Positions 1 to 12,255 of a DNA stretch of 64,000 nucleotides are shown here, piece by piece (the first letter of the stretch is position 1; every line of letters begins with the position of its first letter). The translations under genes were made by a program, and so were the position numbers. Origin of the DNA: Felis catus (Eukaryota). Location of the stretch: positions 104,596,001 to 104,660,000 of the forward strand of contig NC_058368.1 in the NCBI RefSeq assembly GCF_018350175.1, read 5' to 3'. A model generated the notes under the pieces. The model searched no databases. It was given only the letters and a program-made list of their open reading frames with translations, and was not told where the DNA came from.

Positions 1-545
1 TATAATACGAGTATATACTCCCCTTTGAGGGAAGGGGAATATATATATTGCAGGGATTTGACCTTATGAAATGTGAACACTGATTAAAGAGTCTTTATAA
101 GGCTATGGTGTTTACGTCGAGTGTTGGAGTCAGGAGGTTTGGAATGAAAGACGGAAGTAAAGAGGGGGTGATCAAGACAAGCCGGAACCCGTAAACACAA
201 GCCGGAGCCTGTGAGGACAGACCAAAACTCCTTTTAGTTCCTGTTGCCTCTAATCTTGATTTTTCGTGTTTCCTACAGAAACTAGAGCCTTATATCATGA
301 TTAGCAAACAACCCTGGTCTGGGGGTCAGTGAATCTTCGTGGGGATCTGCAGAAGGTGCAGCTGTTGGAAACTCCCCGGCTGCTTCACAGTCGTGAGGTG
401 AGCTGACAGGTGAGCGACAGTGCCCTGCAAACCTTTCACAGGGATCTTGCTTATGGCCCATCTAAATGGAAATGCACAGAAAATGGGGTTTGGGGAAACC
501 AGAGTCAGCCTGGTCAAGCGGCCACAAAGCCAGTGCTCATACGTG
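1..545. mobile_element. Probable old ERVL-class LTR remnant
   Basis: General resemblance to old LTRs, short internal direct repeat (acaagccgga x2); family not resolved. Confidence 0.3.
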
Positions 546-760
546 TTAGTACTCTTGCTCCTACCCTCCACGTCTTCGAGCTCTCTTCTGTATTTCCTCT
601 CTTTACCCTTTACTGCTGACCTCCAGGAGAGTTTGTCCATCTGAGCTTTCAACTCACTGATTTATTCATCACCTTTATCCATCTTGCTTTATATCTTAAC
701 TAGTGTTTTAGTTACTTCAGCTGTTACTTATTTCATACCTTATATTCAATTTGGTCCCCT

Positions 761-933
761 TTAAAAAAATGTTTGTTTGTTTGTTTATTTATTTAGAGGC
801 AGAGAATCCCAAGCAGGCTTTGCACTGTTAGTGCAGAGCCCGATGTAGGGCTCGATCTCATGATCCATGAAATCATGACCTGAGCCCAAATCAAGAATCT
901 GATGCTTACTCAACTGAGCCACCCAGGAGCTTC
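761..933 (-). mobile_element. CAN-SINE (SINEC_Fc2-like), shortened CT region
   Basis: tRNA-derived head in reverse (tcatgacctgagcccaaatcaag...gagccacccagg); TSD tcaatttggtcc at 746-757 and 934-945. Confidence 0.9.
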
Positions 934-996
934 TCAATTTGGTCCTTTTTAAATGTTTTCTTATTCTTACTTCATGTTGCTTACATCAACGTTAAC

Positions 997-1230
997 TTTT
1001 TTTATTTTTATTTTTATTTTTTAATGTTTATTTAATTTTGAGACAGAGAGAGCGAGACAGAGCACGAGTGGGGAAATAGCAGACAGAGAGAGGGAGACAC
1101 AGAATCCAAAGCAGGCTCCAGGCTCTGAGCTGTCAGCACAGAGCCCCATGTGGGCTCGAATTCACGAACTGCGAGATCATGACCTGAGCCAAAGCCTGCC
1201 GCCTAACTGACTGAGCCACCCAGGCTCCCC
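997..1230 (-). mobile_element. CAN-SINE (SINEC_Fc-like)
   Basis: Head, (GA)n tract, T-rich tail; TSD acatca(a/c)cgttaactt at 983 and 1231. Confidence 0.95.
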
Positions 1231-2405
1231 ACATCACCGTTAACTTCTTAATGTATTTGTTGTCATTAATTTCTCATTCCATCTCTTGGCATAATTCTGA
1301 TTCATGTGGTCTATACTGTCGAATTTGCCTATCTTTCTAACATAGTAGCTGTAATCCTTACATGGATTTCTGGTTTTTTTTTTCTTTCTGTTTTTTTGTC
1401 TTTTTTGGCCCCAAGATCTCTTGCTCCCTTTGACTACCAGCTACCACACATGGTTATGGATTGGGACATGGCTCCAGCCCAGACTCTAATTGACGTACCT
1501 GTAAGTGAATTAAGCCAGGGAAGAGAGCCCCGGGGCCACAGAACTGTTGGTGATCATTCCCATTTGCCCACCATCCAGAAATAACTTCTCTAGTGTGTAT
1601 TTCCTATTTAAGGGAAATGGGAAACAGGCTCTAGACTCTAAAAACATTACAGTCTCTGTTGATTTGCTCTCCTTGCCCTGGGGGTTCAGAGTGGGAGGGA
1701 TCCAGTGGTGAATACCCAAGGGTAGCTGGTGAGGGCACATTCCCTCTTTTCATCCCTCCTCACTTCCGTGGGGCTTTTGCTCTGCCCTTGTTGTACCCTG
1801 CTGACCCCTGCAGTCTCAGCTGTTGCTGCCAGTTTCTGTGGTGATTAACAAACTGATTGTCCACCTCGGGGAGAAGCAACAGAAAGTTGTCCTCCTCTGG
1901 CTCCCCTCCCCAGGCTGAAGCCATTCTCCCCACCAACCCCCTGCCATGTCCCTGCCACCCCCCACCCCCCACCCCATCCGTTTCCTGAGTATGCAGACTT
2001 CCCAGAGACTTTTTATAGTGCTTTATTTTATTTTATTCTTTGTTGTTAGTTCCTCAAATTCGAGTTTCCCCTCCGGCTTCTGTAGTTTCTTTAGGGTTGA
2101 TTTTCAGGAAGGAGCCAGTGGCTAATGTAGTTTGTCATCTTGACAGGAGTAGAAAATGGTTTATAGAATGAGCAGGTGTAGCAACAGAAAGGGGAGAGAA
2201 TCTGAGACAGCAGTTGCAGGAATCTTAAGAGAGGAAGGCTACAAATTAACCTCAAGAGGTGTTTTTTCTGCATTTAATTTAAAATTATTAATTAATATGT
2301 ATGAGCATGTATGTATAAGTGTGTATATGGACATATGTATGTATGTATATGACTTTAAAAGTGAAATAATGCTATCAGGCTTATCATTGAAAAACAGCGA
2401 TCTCT

Positions 2406-2601
2406 GGGGCACCTGGGTAGCTCAGTGGATTAAGTGTCTGACTCCTGATTTTGACTCAGGTCATGATCTCACAGTTCATGAGTTTGAGCCCTGCCTGGGG
2501 CTCTGCACTGACAATGAGGATCCTGCTTGGGATTCTCTTTCCCTCTCTCCCACATAAGCTTTCTTTCTCTCTCAAAGTAAATGAATAAATTAAAAAAAAA
2601 A
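2406..2601 (+). mobile_element. CAN-SINE (SINEC_Fc2-like)
   Basis: ggggcacctgggtagctcag head, CT tract, A tail; degenerate TSD. Confidence 0.93.
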
Positions 2602-2736
2602 TAGCAATTTTCACCCTTTCCTACCCCAATATTGTGCCCCACGGCAACAATTTTCAACTTAAAAAAAAAAACAACCTTTCTTAAAAAATAATTAAAAAAA
2701 TTTTAAAAACCTTCTTGAAGTGTTTATTTCCACATT

Positions 2737-2953
2737 AAAAAAATTTTTTTTAAATGTTTATTTGTTTTTAAGAGAGACAGAGACAGAATGCGAGTGGGTT
2801 AGGGGCAGAGAGAGAGGGAGACAGAATCCCAGGCAGGCTCCAGGCTCTGAGCTGTCAGCACAGAGCCTGATGCGGGGCTCGAACTCACAAACCGTGAGAT
2901 CATGACCTGAGCCGAAGTCGGACGCTCAACCGACTGAGCCACCCAGGCGCCCC
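2737..2953 (-). mobile_element. CAN-SINE (SINEC_Fc-like)
   Basis: Near-consensus; TSD ttatttcca(c/t)att at 2724 and 2954. Confidence 0.95.
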
Positions 2954-3230
2954 TTATTTCCATATTCTAAGTAACATGCTTTTATTAGTATTTCTTCGTT
3001 TTTAAAAGTTACATACTATGCTTGGCTTCCTAAATTAGAAGATGAAGAGCTCGAACCTGTACACCACTGTATTCTCCCTTCCAGTGTGTCCTTTTTCCCT
3101 TCTTACCCTGGCCTCCTGATGTACATACACCATCCCTTCCATCATCAATATGGCTTGTCCACAGTATCATGTGTGTGCAAACCCTGTTCATGCCTCAGAC
3201 ATATAGCATGCTAAGATCATACTTCCTTTT

Positions 3231-3450
3231 TAAAAAAAAAAATTGATGTTTATTCATTTTTGATTGAGAGAGAGAGACAGAGTGAGGGTGGGGTGAGGGG
3301 CAGAGAGAGAGGGAGACACAGAATGTGAAGCGGGCTCTAGGCTCTGAGCCCTCAGCACAGAGCCTGACTTGGGGCTCAATCCCAGGAACTGTGAGATCAT
3401 GACCTGAGCCGAAGTCAGACGTTCAACTGACGGAGCCACCCAGGCGCCCC
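3231..3450 (-). mobile_element. CAN-SINE (SINEC_Fc-like)
   Basis: Full element; TSD tcata(c/t)ttccttt at 3217 and 3451. Confidence 0.95.
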
Positions 3451-3908
3451 TCATATTTCCTTTCTTAGATCTCTTTTTATTTTCTTAGGGTTAATACTTG
3501 CCTTCCCCACCCCCAAGTGGTCAGCGCTCTCTGTGCCTCCCACAGTTCTCTGAATACTTTGATAAGGGTTGAAAACACCAGGTAATCTAGCGGATTCTTT
3601 CCCTTCCCCATACCCATCCCTCTGTGCAGACTTCATTTTCCTGCTTATCACCTCGGCAACTTCTTTTGCCTGCCTCCCGTGTTAGGCCTCCCATTTCCTA
3701 ATTTTGTATCTCTCTCTTTCTTGAAACTTGCCCTTGTTTGGTGCTGAAACACCAGCAGTCTCTTTTGGCTGCTTCCCAAGAAAGAGTCCGTAGGAGGTTA
3801 AGTTTAAGTGTGGGTGTGGTGATCATTTGCCATTTAGGCAGCCCCAAATATTCGAATACCCCTTCCCATTTTGTTAACAGTTTCCCGCGTTATAAATTCT
3901 ATATTCTT

Positions 3909-4096
3909 TTTTTTAATATTTGTGTATTTATTTTGAGGTGGGGAGGGGCAGAGGGACAGAGAGAGTGAATCCCAAACAGGCTCCGTGCTATCAGCACAGT
4001 GCCCGACATGGGGCTTGATCCCACAAACCGTGAGATCATGACCTGAGCCGAAATCAAGAATTGGACACTTAACTGGTTGAACCACCCAGACGCCTC
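3909..4096 (-). mobile_element. CAN-SINE, 3' member of composite insertion
   Basis: Fc2-like head and tail; no TSD of its own visible. Confidence 0.92.
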
Positions 4097-4140
4097 TAGA
4101 GCTTTTACTATTATGACTCTGTGAACAGCTTGTCTCTCTG

Positions 4141-4353
4141 TTTTGTTTTTTTTTTTATGTTTATTTATTTATTTTGAGGGACAGAGTGCAAGTGGGGGAA
4201 GGGCAGAGAGAGAAGAAGAGAAAGAATCCCAAGCAGGCTCAGTGCTGTCAGTGTAGAGCCCGATGCAGGACTCAATCCCGCGAACCCTGAGATCATGACT
4301 TGAGCCGAAATCAAGAGTCAGATGCTTAAGCAACTGAGCCACCCAGGTGCCCC
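4141..4353 (-). mobile_element. CAN-SINE, 5' member of composite insertion
   Basis: Fc2-like; 18 bp TSD tataaattctatattctt (3891-3908, 4354-4371) encloses both SINEs. Confidence 0.92.
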
Positions 4354-4797
4354 TATAAATTCTATATTCTTAACAAAGAACCCTGTTCAGGTCGTTCTCC
4401 GGTTGTTGGATTGCAGACCTGTGATTTTGATCCTACCACTCAGCTGCATCCGTGCCAGAGTGAGAATCTGGATCCCCAGCCGTATTACTTGGGAAAGAGG
4501 CAGGGCCGAGGCTTCCACTTGGCCGGGGAATCTCTGGGTGAGGCAGCCCAGCAGGGTTCTGGAATCCAGCGTGTGACTGAAGCATCTGGTTTGCAGCCTC
4601 CTGATGATGGCAGAGGCAGAGCCTGGATCTGGTGCCTGTGGTGATGGCAGCATCCTGATGCGGTGGCTTCTGTCCGAGGCACTGACTCCCTCAGTGGGCA
4701 GGCCTGTGCTGGGGGGTCAGTCCTGGAAGTACAGTCCATTTTCTCCCAATCTGTGCACTCTCTGTATCTTGTAACTTGTCCCTTTGGCTTAAATTGG

Positions 4798-5158
4798 TGT
4801 GTTAGAGTCTGTTATAGTCTGCTATAACAGAATAGCACAAACTTAAGGCCAACAGAAATGTATTTCTCACAGCTCGGGAGGCTGGACGTCCAAAGTCAGG
4901 TTCTGACGAGAATCCCCTTCCAGCTTGCCGACTGCTGACTGCTGAGTGTGCCCTCGCATGGTGGTAGGGACAAGGGAGCCCTTTTCGAAGGGCATCAGTC
5001 TCATTCTTGAGGGTTCCACCTCGTGACCTCATCGCTTCCCAAAGGCACCCCCACCTTCTGATACCATCGCATTGGGGGTTAGAAAATTCTAAAATTCTAA
5101 AAATTCAACACGTGAGTTTGGGCGGTGAGGGGGAGACACACACATTTAAACCGTAGCA
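4798..5158 (-). mobile_element. MaLR solo LTR (MLT1A-like)
   Basis: caacagaaatgtatttctcacagctcgggaggctgg...gggttccacctcgtgacc...ataccatcgcattggggg...ccgtagca matches reverse MLT1A. Confidence 0.85.
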
Positions 5159-5490
5159 AGTATCTAGAGTAACTTCTGCTGTGTTAGTCTAACCTGGCCA
5201 ATGTGCCTTGTATGCCTATAGGTATCGTGATTCTACTGCAAGATATGTGAGTTTGAAAGGGAACAGATTTCTAATTTGGAAACTCGTCTTCCTCAAAAAC
5301 TAGAAAGCCTTTCTCCATTGCCTCTGGCTTTCAGTGTGGTTGCTGAGAATTCTGAAGCCATTCTTTTTCCTGGGTCTGTATGTGATTTACTTCTCTGCAA
5401 ATCTTTTTTTGTTTTGTTTTGTATCAAAGTAGTATTTACTCTTAGTTCTTTTGCTTTTTATGCTGTCAAGTCTATAAATGGTCATATTTT

Positions 5491-5712
5491 TTTTTTAATT
5501 TTTTTTTTTCAATGTTTATTTATTTTTGGGACAGAGAGAGACAGAGCATGAACGGGGGAGGGGCAGAGAGAGAGGGAGACACAGAATTGGAAACAGGCTC
5601 CAGGCTCTGAGCCATCAGCCCAGAGCCTGACGCGGGGCTCGAACTCACGGACCGCGAGATCGTGACCTGGCTGAAGTCGGACGCTTAACCGACTGCGCCA
5701 CCCAGGCGCCCC
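5491..5712 (-). mobile_element. Young CAN-SINE (SINEC_Fc-like)
   Basis: Perfect 16 bp TSD taaatggtcatatttt (5475-5490, 5713-5728); about 13 intact CpGs. Confidence 0.97.
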
Positions 5713-6719
5713 TAAATGGTCATATTTTAAAGGTTCAGAAAGTTCTGTGTGTTGTCTTATGAAAAAACAGCTGTTTTCGGACTTTGTCCCCCCCCCCCAT
5801 CCCATTTCCTTACTGTTAGAAGCAACCACTTTCACTGCTAGTGTATGTGAATATACAATTAATGCATTTTTAGCACACATGAAGGGGATCCTGGGAAGTC
5901 TTTCAAAATTCTCACATTTGGCTTTATACATCAAAGTAGATAACTTCCTTGTACCTAAACAGACTTTGGGGTGTAGGCGTTAGAGACCCTGTAATAGCAG
6001 TTGGTGAGTTTTTCTTCCCCTTTCACTTATTTGGTGGTAGGATCTGAACCTAGGCTGAGATCTGAAAATGGAAGGAGGCTCTTCTTCCAGGGGATGACAA
6101 GTAAGAGAGCTGGTGAATTGGGGTCCCTAAAGTTCCTGGCACCAGCACCTGGGGTACGACTCCTGACATGGGGAAAAGGCTGGGGAGTGAAATCTAGAGA
6201 GCTGGAGTAGGAAGCTGCAGAAAAGTGATATATGGAGCTTCTGAACTGAGCTGAGCCCTAAGAGATTGGAATCTGCCCCCCATGGAACCTATAAAAACCA
6301 CTGTACCCCGGGCAGGGGAGTGTATAGGCGGAGGCTAGCCTCGGGGGGTCACTTTGGACCCTACTTAAGCACCGGGAGAAACAGCAGCATCAGACAGAGG
6401 AAGCCAGTCTAGGCTGTCTGGGCCTCGGCTACAACTTTGTATACCTTCGGTGTGCTTACTTGTTCCATGACAATCAGCTGCAGAAACTCTTACCAATTTC
6501 TTTGGCTTCACGGGAGTACATTTGGTTTCTGGAGCAGCAAAGCAGTGAGATAAGAACAACCAGGATTCCTTCCTGAGACTCATTAGAATCCTGGAATTTC
6601 TACATGGATGGAGGGGACAAGGGATTCCAAGAGATAAACTGATTTCCTGCTAAAATGGTTATTGAGCGTGGCATCAGGGACCCCCGGGACAAGGCTGGCT
6701 GCTATTCAGGAGTCTATGA

Positions 6720-6830
6720 AGGGTGCCTGGGGGGCTCAGTTGGAGGAACCTGTGGCTCTTAATCTCAGGGTCGTGAGTTTGAGCCCCACGTGCGACGTAG
6801 AGATTACTTAAATAAACAAAACTGAAAAAA
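6720..6830 (+). mobile_element. Short CAN-SINE variant lacking the CT tract
   Basis: gggtgcctggggggctcagttggag...gtcgtgagtttgagccccacg...gtagagattactt then A-rich tail. Confidence 0.8.
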
Positions 6831-6926
6831 GGAACAATCTGAAATAAGACATATTGGTTACACATATTATGATTTACTCACCCTGTCTCTCAACTTCTCT
6901 GGACACTAGCAGCTCTGGCTAGCTGT

Positions 6927-7328
6927 TGTTATGGACAGAATGTTTGTGTCCTTCCCCACTCCACCCCAAATTTCTATGTTGAAATCTGGACCCTCCCCTC
7001 CTGCCCCCCACCCCCACCCCATGTGATGGTGTTAGGAGGCAGGGCCTCTGGGAGGTGATTAGGTCACAAAATTGGAACTTTTGACACTAATGAATGCGAT
7101 TAGTTTCTTTATGAAAGAGACCTCAGACAACTCTTGCCCCTTGTGCCATGTGAGGACACAGTGAAGAAATGATCATGTTTGAATCAGGAAGCAGGATCTA
7201 ACCAGACACCAAGTCTGTGGGCACCTTGATCTTGGACTTTTCAGCCTCCGGAACTCTGAGAAATAAATGATGTTTAAGCCATTCAGTCTACAGTATTTTT
7301 ACGACAGCAGCCTGAATGGACTAAGATA
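6927..7328 (+). mobile_element. MaLR solo LTR (MLT1A0-like)
   Basis: Starts tgttatggacagaatgtttgtgtcc, contains gccatgtgaggacacag and aataaa, ends ggactaagata. Confidence 0.9.
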
Positions 7329-7334
7329 CCTGTG

Positions 7335-7387
7335 CTTCCTTCCTCCCTTCCTCCCTCCCTCCTTCCTACCTTCTTTCCTTCCTGTCT

Positions 7388-7448
<61 letters not shown>

Positions 7449-7740
7449 TTTCTTTCTTTCTTCTTTCCTCTTTATTTTTCTTTCTTTTTTTTTCTCTTTA
7501 TTTTTCCTTCCTTCCTTTTTCTTTCTTTCCCTTTCTTTTTTCTTTCTTTCTTTTTCCTTGCTTCCTTTCTCTTTCTTTCTTTCCCTTTCTTTTTTCTTTC
7601 TTTTTCTATCTTTATTTCTTTTTCCTTTCTTTCTTTCCTCTTTCTTCTTTCTTTCTTTTTCCTTCCTTCCTTCCTTCCTTCCTTCCTTCCTTCCTTCCTT
7701 CCTTCCTTTCTCTTTCTTTTTCTTTCTTTTTCTCTCTTTT

Positions 7741-7784
<44 letters not shown>

Positions 7785-7788
7785 TCCT

Positions 7789-7854
<66 letters not shown>

Positions 7855-7855
7855 T
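7335..7855. repeat. ~520 bp polypyrimidine simple repeat (TTTC)n/(TTCC)n
   Basis: Directly visible; almost purine-free. Confidence 0.98.
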
Positions 7856-10800
7856 AAGCATGTCACGACAAAAGGTTGGGGAGAGGAAGGAGCCAAAAGT
7901 GGAAGGGATTGGAGCTGACATAATTTTATTTGTCCAAAGTCCACCCCGACTTGCCCCTGTTAAACCAGAGTAGTTTCTACTGCTCACAAGGATAGATTTG
8001 AATCCAATTTGTATATTCTGTGGTTTGAAAAGCCATTTCAGAACATTAACTTGTTTTTTGGAATACATTGGATTTTTTAAATCCAAGGGAAGAAAAGCAT
8101 AGCAGCTTAAAGCTGAGCATAAGGAGCTCTGGCCTTTAGTTTCCCTAAGCAATAACTAAAAACAAGAAAACTCAAAACCAAAACCATAAAACAAAAACCC
8201 CGAATAAAAGAAACACGTGGTGCATCTGTAGATTCATACACCAGGATGAATAACACAGTTTCAACAGACAATGATAAGCCTGATAGGACTTGCAGGGCAG
8301 TATTGGCTGCAGAAGCTTTTCTGGAAATGAAAAGAGGCAAATAGCCCCAACCAGGCCCCACATCTGTGTCTCTCACTAAATGGCCTGTCTGTTCCATCAC
8401 AGCCATTTTCAAGGTCCTGGAAATCAGTTCCCTAGCTTAATCCAAGGTGAATTGGACCCAGGGAATCTTTCGGTCACACTCAATTCTCCCGTAGCCATGT
8501 TTGCACAGACATTGTGTCAGCTGCTCTGATTCCTTGGGTGATGTGGGGGTGTAGCTATGACCGTGACTAATGATAGACACGCTTGTCCTTTGTAGGTAGG
8601 GAGAAAGGGCACTAAAGAACAGTTCCATGTGTTAAATGGAAGGTGTAGGTTGGAAATGAACAAACGGATTCCAATAAGATAAGGCAGATTATTTAAGTTT
8701 GATAGCAAGTGGTTATAACTTGAAGAAATTCGAATATGAGAGGTTCTAGTCAAGCATTTTTCACTGGAAAAAGCAAATCTCTAAAGTAAGCAAAAGTAAT
8801 CAGAATGTATCAACTCAAGAGAGAACAAGATATGGCACTTGGAAAGGAAAGGTAATAACGGCAATAATAATGTTCAGGCTCTGTTATTTTTTGAGGTTGG
8901 TTCAATAAAATGTAATGTAACATTAACAATTTCTTGGGAAAAAAAACCAATCAACTGCTCTTCTCTTTTTATGTATGGCTCTATCTTCCACATGAATTAT
9001 TCACTGCTCTGGTTAGTCCCTTGATGCGTCCCTGAAGACTTCTGGGATGTGAGGTTAATGATGAAAGTAAAATTTGTAGGATTTCATTTAAGGACAAATG
9101 TTAATTAAAGCTTTATTTATAAATGCTCATCTGTTTGTTTTGGACCCAAATGCCTCTTCATTTCTGCTAGTGATTTCACTTCATTCAAATCTAGGATTCT
9201 TCATGGGTATGTTGTAGTCTGAATGTTATTCCATCCTTTTCACTTCAAAATACCCTATTCACAAAAAACAGTGATTCCTTTCACATTGCTTGCTAAAGCC
9301 GTTATCCTTTCCCAGCCTCTGAGGGATGGCTATGTAATGTGTTACACTGAGAGCAAAATAAAGCTTGAGGCATTGTTTTCTAGGTGTTTCTGTTTACTAA
9401 GGCTGCACAGCAGAATCGTAACATAATGTTCAGCTTGGGTTTATTTTTCCAGGTATCTTGTATGATATTTTTGAGAGTCTTTTTTAACCAAGGGCTTTAT
9501 AAAGATAATAAAATAAGTTTTTGAGAATAATTGAAACTAAATCCTGAAATTAAAACTAATTATCGAGTTTAGCATCAATACAGACAACAAACTACCAGCT
9601 GTCATCAAGTGGAATTTCAGCTAATTTTCTCCCTCTCCTACACGTGTGGCTCAGGGGATATTTTCTGTTAGTATATCTGTCCTCCTGGGTTCCTCTTTCC
9701 CTCGACAACAGTCCATATTCTTCAGTGTCCCAGGCTGTCTATTATGGGATGGGCTCATATTGCTGTTCTCAGACTGTTCTCTATGTATGTCATGGCTACT
9801 GTTTGCTTCAAGTCTAGGCCTTACCAGTTGTTTCTGTAGATCTGATTGAGTGTGGAATACTCTAGAAAATACTGATGTCCTCCTCTACCTGTGTGCCTGG
9901 GAGCAACTATGGGTTAGTGCCCATCCCTCCATTCTCTGCTTCTCATCTGAGCACTGTCCCACATCCACCTTCTCTCTTCCAGCTGTGGTATGGCCCTCCC
10001 ACTGTTCTGTTGGGTGATGTGGAGGGTTCTGTTCACTTTCTTTTGGCTGAAAGAGTTTTCTCCCTCATGGAGGTAAGGTGAAATAGATTCCTCCATTAAG
10101 TGGTACCAAGATGTTTTCTACTCAGTACCATTAAACAACCCCTAAGTAACAGTGGTTCGGGAGATGTAGGACTCCCATCTACCACTCATCCAAGGAAACC
10201 ACTTAGACACAAAGATATGTGTTGCAGGAGTTAGAATTGCTTGTACCTCCATAACCAACCAAATGAAGTTCCTTTACTTGGAAACTGAGTCTCTTCTTCA
10301 CATACTTTGCCAAAATACATAGTCTGGCCAAAGGATGGAGGAGTCTTGATAATTTGTTTACCTTGCTAGTAAGATGAATCAGTGCCAATCAGACGGACAT
10401 CAACTAGTCTAATCAGATGGACCAAACAGGTCAATTTTCAGAACCTATTTTCGTATCTAAACTGAGTCACTGCAGACCAATACAGAACTCATCCTTTTCC
10501 AAAAAACTACTATCTCTGTTAACCCTTCTACAGTTTGACATCATTAGGAAGGCACAAAGCACTTAAAGAGATGAATGAATTGTTACATCCACAATGGCTA
10601 ACATAGTATTTATGTCACATTACTAAGTGCCTTTTCTTTTTAATTAGTTTCATATTCCTAGGCTTTCCTTTTGTTTCTGCAATTCTTCTTAGGACAACTG
10701 AAGCAGAATCCAATATAAAATCTCTCTCCCTCCCCTTTCACTTTCTCTCCCTCTCTCTCTTCCTTCCTTTCCTCCTATTCCTTCCAATTACTTTGGAAAG

Positions 10801-10899
10801 AAGTTTGGCTTACTACTTACTGGACATAGAATTGGTAGCTTGTTAACCCATACATTTTTTAATCCTGTCTGTATCAGATTAATCTCTAACAGCTTGGGG

Positions 10900-11270
10900 G
10901 AAAAAAAGAAGCTTGAGTCCCACTTCTAAACTACTGAAACAATCTGTAGGCATGAGATTTAAGAAGTCTGTGTTTTTAAAAATCTCTACTCTTGGGGCAC
11001 CTGGGTGGCTCAGTCGGTTGGGCGTCCGACTTCAGCTCAGGTCATGATCTCACAGCTCGTGAGTTCGAGCCCCGCATCAGGCTCTGTGCCAACAACTCAG
11101 AGCCTGGAGCCTGTTTCAGATTCTGTGTCTCCCTCTCTCTGTGCCCCTCCCCTGCTCATGCTCTGTCTCTCTCTGTCTCAAAAATAAATAAAAAAACATC
11201 AAAAAAAAATTTAAAAAAAAATCTCTACTCTTAAAAATATTCTAATGTGCAGCCAGATTTGAGAACCCAC
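10900..11270. mobile_element. MER5-like hAT remnant interrupted by a SINE
   Basis: ctactgaaacaatctg...ctgtgtttttaa[SINE]attctaatgtgcagccagatttgagaaccc. Confidence 0.55.
10994..11216 (+). mobile_element. CAN-SINE (SINEC_Fc-like)
   Basis: Perfect TSD aaaaatctctactctt (10978-10993, 11217-11232). Confidence 0.96.
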
Positions 11271-11389
11271 AGCCTGAGTATTGCCTGCTGTAGCCATGAT
11301 TCGTCAAATGCTGCATCTGATCACACTGATTGTGTTGGAGTTAGTCTCATTTCGTTTAACTCTCTCCTTGATGACCTGGCTACAGGGAC

Positions 11390-11625
11390 AGAGTAGTGGC
11401 AAGGATAAGAGTGTGAATAGTCACATTAGACTGCCAAGTTCAAATTCTGACTTTACTCCTGTCAGTTTATTGAGCAAGTTATGTGATCTCTCCATGCTTC
11501 AGTTTATTCATCTGTAAAGTAGGCATTAAAAATAATCCTACCTGAGAGCATTGCTGGATGATTAAATAAGATGAAACACATAAAGCACTGAGAACAGCAC
11601 CTGCTACCTAGCAAATGCTGGCCAA
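11390..11625 (+). mobile_element. MIR SINE
   Basis: Core gagcaagttatgtgatctctccatgcttcagtttattcatctgtaaag; 3' taaagcactgagaacagcacctg. Confidence 0.85.
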
Positions 11626-11829
11626 ATCCTAGCCATTGCCATTCTGTGATCATGATGCAACAATCATAGAGGTCTCCTGGGTTTGGAAGGGCTTTGAAAG
11701 ATGATCTGGACTTCAAGCAGTGGGATATTAGTATGGTCCCATTTTACAGATTAGAAAGCTCAGGTTCTTAAGTGCTGTGCCTGCCCAAGATGATTCAAGA
11801 TGAAAATAACAATGATTATAATAACAAAA

Positions 11830-12255
11830 ATAATAACAAGTAATATCTGTTGTGTGGTTACTACACGGCAAACCCTGCAGGAAGTGTTTGAGGTAACATA
11901 TCATTAACCCAGTGCTTTTCAACCATTAACGTGCCCACAGAATCACCTGGTGGTCTCGTGAAAATGTAGATCCTGACTCCATAAGACTGGCATGGTGCTT
12001 GATAGTCTACATTTTGAACAAAACCCTGGGTGATGGTGGTACTCTGCTGGTCCAGGACTCGCACTTTGAGTAACATGGGTTTAACCTGAGCAACAGCCCT
12101 ATGAGACAGCTGCTGTTTTTTGTCCCTATTTTGCATATAATAACTAAGGTTGTGAGGGTAAATATCTTTCTCAAGGTCACAGAACTTGTAGTGGTAGTAC
12201 TGGGGCTTGGACTGATGGTCTCATTCCAGAGCCTGCCTTCTTAGCAACCACACCC
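11830..12255 (-). mobile_element. MIR SINE split by MER5A
   Basis: caacagccctatgag...ccctattttgca...ctcaaggtcacagaac reverse MIR core. Confidence 0.7.
11910..12078. mobile_element. MER5A (hAT-Charlie)
   Basis: cagtgcttttcaa...agaatcacctgg...gctggtccaggactcgcactttgagtaaca. Confidence 0.85.

Noticed and set aside
6720..6830. tRNA gene
   Set aside because: tRNA-derived SINE head with A-rich tail; no intact cloverleaf evident
7267..8152. ORFs of 110-226 aa (F/L/S-rich or K/E/R-rich)
   Set aside because: Translations of the stop-free TTTC/TTCC repeat
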